DNA of 41,315 nucleotides from a virus: IMG/VR virus record IMGVR_UViG_3300045988_066741; one strand, 5' to 3'. Shown piece by piece: positions 40,157 to 41,315 of this stretch (position 1 is its first letter; each line of letters starts with the position of its first letter). The notes under the pieces were generated by a model. It saw only the letters and a program-made list of their open reading frames with translations, ran no database searches and was not told where the DNA came from. The position numbers and the translations under genes were made by a program.

Positions 40157-40711
40157 TTAGTTTTTGTAGTAATCAGCCACGGCATCTTCGATAGAATTGA
40201 TCTCTGTCTTTGTTGCCGGGTCTTCGTGCTTCCCACCCAGATTCACCTGAGTCTTTGGCTTAGGTTCTGCTGTGAATAGGAAGTCGTCTTCCTTCTTGAT
40301 GTCTGCGATCTGTTCGTCGAGTCCTTTGACTTCTCCATCGTCTCCGATTGTGATCTTGTCAAAGTCCAGCATGCCCAGGAGTGCCTTCTCTGAGCGGGCT
40401 CCTGACTTGGCTACTGCCAGCTGTACCTTGGATGCGATTCTTTCGGCTTCGATGTCGTCTGTGTACTTCTTCTGCCAGTCCGCTACATCCTGCTGAAGTT
40501 TTTTCACGTCTACGCCGTCGTAGTCCTGAACTTCCTTTGTAAGCTCTGCGATTCGTGTGTCTCTTGCCTGCAGATCACTGTCGTACTTCCCTTTTGATAC
40601 GTAGTCGCCTGTGGCTAGATTTGCGAGTTTGATGTCCTTTTCGTGACCTTTGAGTGCTTCTGCGACCTGGTTGTAAAGGTCTACGCCGAGCACGTCCTTT
40701 AAAAACTCCAT
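40157..40711 (-). CDS. Scaffolding protein (GP20-like)
   Basis: 184 aa, helical and acidic. IKLANLATGDYVSKGKYDS is the typical GP20 scaffold pattern. Confidence 0.75.
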   Translation of the reverse strand: MEFLKDVLGVDLYNQVAEALKGHEKDIKLANLATGDYVSKGKYDSDLQARDTRIAELTKEVQDYDGVDVKKLQQDVADWQKKYTDDIEAERIASKVQLAVAKSGARSEKALLGMLDFDKITIGDDGEVKGLDEQIADIKKEDDFLFTAEPKPKTQVNLGGKHEDPATKTEINSIEDAVADYYKN

Positions 40712-40843
40712 GATTTCCTCCTGCGTTTTTTATATCTGGTTCTCTCCAGTGTTAGAGTCAGCCTTTTTAAGCGCATGCTGAGGCGCCGGTGAACCTTTTA
40801 AACGCCTTGTTCAGGGCATAAGAAAAGGCGCCGTGCTGGCGTC

Positions 40844-41047
40844 TTATTTCTTCTTGCTTAGTTTTTCTTTCTGGGCTTCTCTGGCTTCTCGTGCCGCCAG
40901 GGCCTTCATCACTCTTGCTGCTCTTTTCTTGACCGATCGTGGTGTGCAGTCGATGACATTTCCTGGCAGTGTGTCTACCTGGATAAAGCCGCCGAGCGCT
41001 TCATTCTCTTCTCTTTGAAGTTCAGCCTGTGTTTTCTTCTTTGCCAT
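40844..41047 (-). CDS. Small basic protein coupled to the junction-spanning ART (candidate partner/immunity)
   Basis: 67 aa. SD ATAAGGAGGAGAA lies in the 10-nt gap after the ART stop. Confidence 0.5.
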   Translation of the reverse strand: MAKKKTQAELQREENEALGGFIQVDTLPGNVIDCTPRSVKKRAARVMKALAAREAREAQKEKLSKKK

Positions 41048-41057
41048 GTTCTCCTCC

Positions 41058-41315
41058 TTATTCCGCTGTAACGTCTATGATAATCTGTCTTTTTGCTCCG
41101 CCTTGCTTTGGATAGGCGGTAGCGCCTGTATAGTGGGCACCTGTGATTGTAAATCTAGTTCCCGTATCCAGCAAGACTTCCGCCTGGCTTCTCTGAATAA
41201 GTGCGGCCTTCGTTCCCTTCTTGGCCTGGATGTTCAGGATTACTTCTCGTCCGCCTGAGGCCGGTCCTCCTGGAAGGAATGGTGACATTCCCTTTGTGTG
41301 GCTGGTTGATGTGAA
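41058..41315 (-). CDS. ADP-ribosyltransferase, 3' part (C-terminus) of the junction-spanning gene
   Basis: The frame is open to the window end and continues at base 142 after overlap removal. Contains the QAEVLLDTG catalytic strand. The internal Met at 41288 used by the ORF track is not the real start. Confidence 0.8.
   Translation of the reverse strand, partial: FTSTSHTKGMSPFLPGGPASGGREVILNIQAKKGTKAALIQRSQAEVLLDTGTRFTITGAHYTGATAYPKQGGAKRQIIIDVTAE
41175..41315. repeat. Terminal direct repeat copy B (identical to 1-141)
   Basis: Base-for-base identity with the first 141 nt. Confidence 0.97.

Larger units (their letters stand above)
1..41315. mobile_element. Complete circular temperate tailed-phage genome (41,174 bp unique plus 141-bp overlap)
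   Basis: Full set of integrase/repressor, replication, packaging, head, tail and lysis modules. The two window ends are identical over 141 bp, and a gene rejoins in frame across them. Confidence 0.9.

Noticed and set aside
1-41315. Stop-codon reassignment, tRNA or tmRNA genes, CRISPR arrays, reverse transcriptase/DGR, transposases and introns.
   Set aside because: All large genes are intact under the standard code. The non-coding intervals (8.1, 11.3, 18.8, 20.4, 20.9-21.2, 23.6 and 40.7 kb) show no tRNA-like T-arm or anticodon structure. No matching protein motifs were seen.

Overview
The window is a complete, circularly closed genome of a temperate, siphovirus-type tailed phage. The host looks Gram-positive (Bacillota-like), judged from the GH25/CW_7/LysM endolysin, an r1t-like holin, a YjcQ gene and strong GGAGG Shine-Dalgarno (SD) use.

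Bases 1-141 are identical to 41175-41315 (an assembly overlap), so the unique genome is 41,174 bp. There are about 75 protein genes, and all but three lie on the minus strand.

Order of transcription (descending coordinates, wrapping through the junction):
- Early small genes (20375 to 18108).
- Replication module: DUF2800 nuclease, DUF2815, family A DNA polymerase, prim-pol/VirE primase, an iteron-rich putative origin, VRR-NUC and an SNF2 helicase.
- Sigma-like late activator, then a ParB-methyltransferase fusion.
- terS, terL, portal and MuF.
- A toxin-cargo island: a MuF C-terminal Ntox50-like domain plus a small overlapping ORF, YjcQ, DUF4417, and an ADP-ribosyltransferase (ART) gene that spans the window junction and is absent from the ORF track.
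- Scaffold, major capsid, head-tail genes, major tail protein, chaperones, a 795-aa tape measure, and Dit- and Gp37-like tail proteins.
- A multi-gene fibre module that includes a collagen-like protein.
- Endolysin, an odd 5-gene cassette, holin, a second ART-like gene pair, and an autonomous moron.

The plus strand carries an XRE repressor, a LexA/S24-type repressor and a tyrosine integrase that converges on the moron end.

I saw no tRNA, rRNA, CRISPR array, transposase or reverse transcriptase.

Most interesting observations:
1. A hidden minus-strand transcription unit sits between the two repressor genes. It has a near-consensus promoter, an SD, a 50-codon ORF, a 14-bp inverted repeat and a terminator. 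It may be part of a two-tier induction switch.
2. Three toxin-like genes are each followed by a tightly coupled small ORF. Two of them are ART-like and share an MGSGG(R/Q)RS N-terminus.
3. A Q/N-, G/Y/C-rich cassette with a C1q/BclA-like protein separates the endolysin from the holin.
4. A candidate plus-strand small RNA lies inside the minus-strand early operon.
5. A perfect 46-nt alternating pyrimidine-purine tract is flanked by inverted iterons next to the primase gene.

All family names are recalled from motif patterns read by eye and need HMM or structure confirmation.
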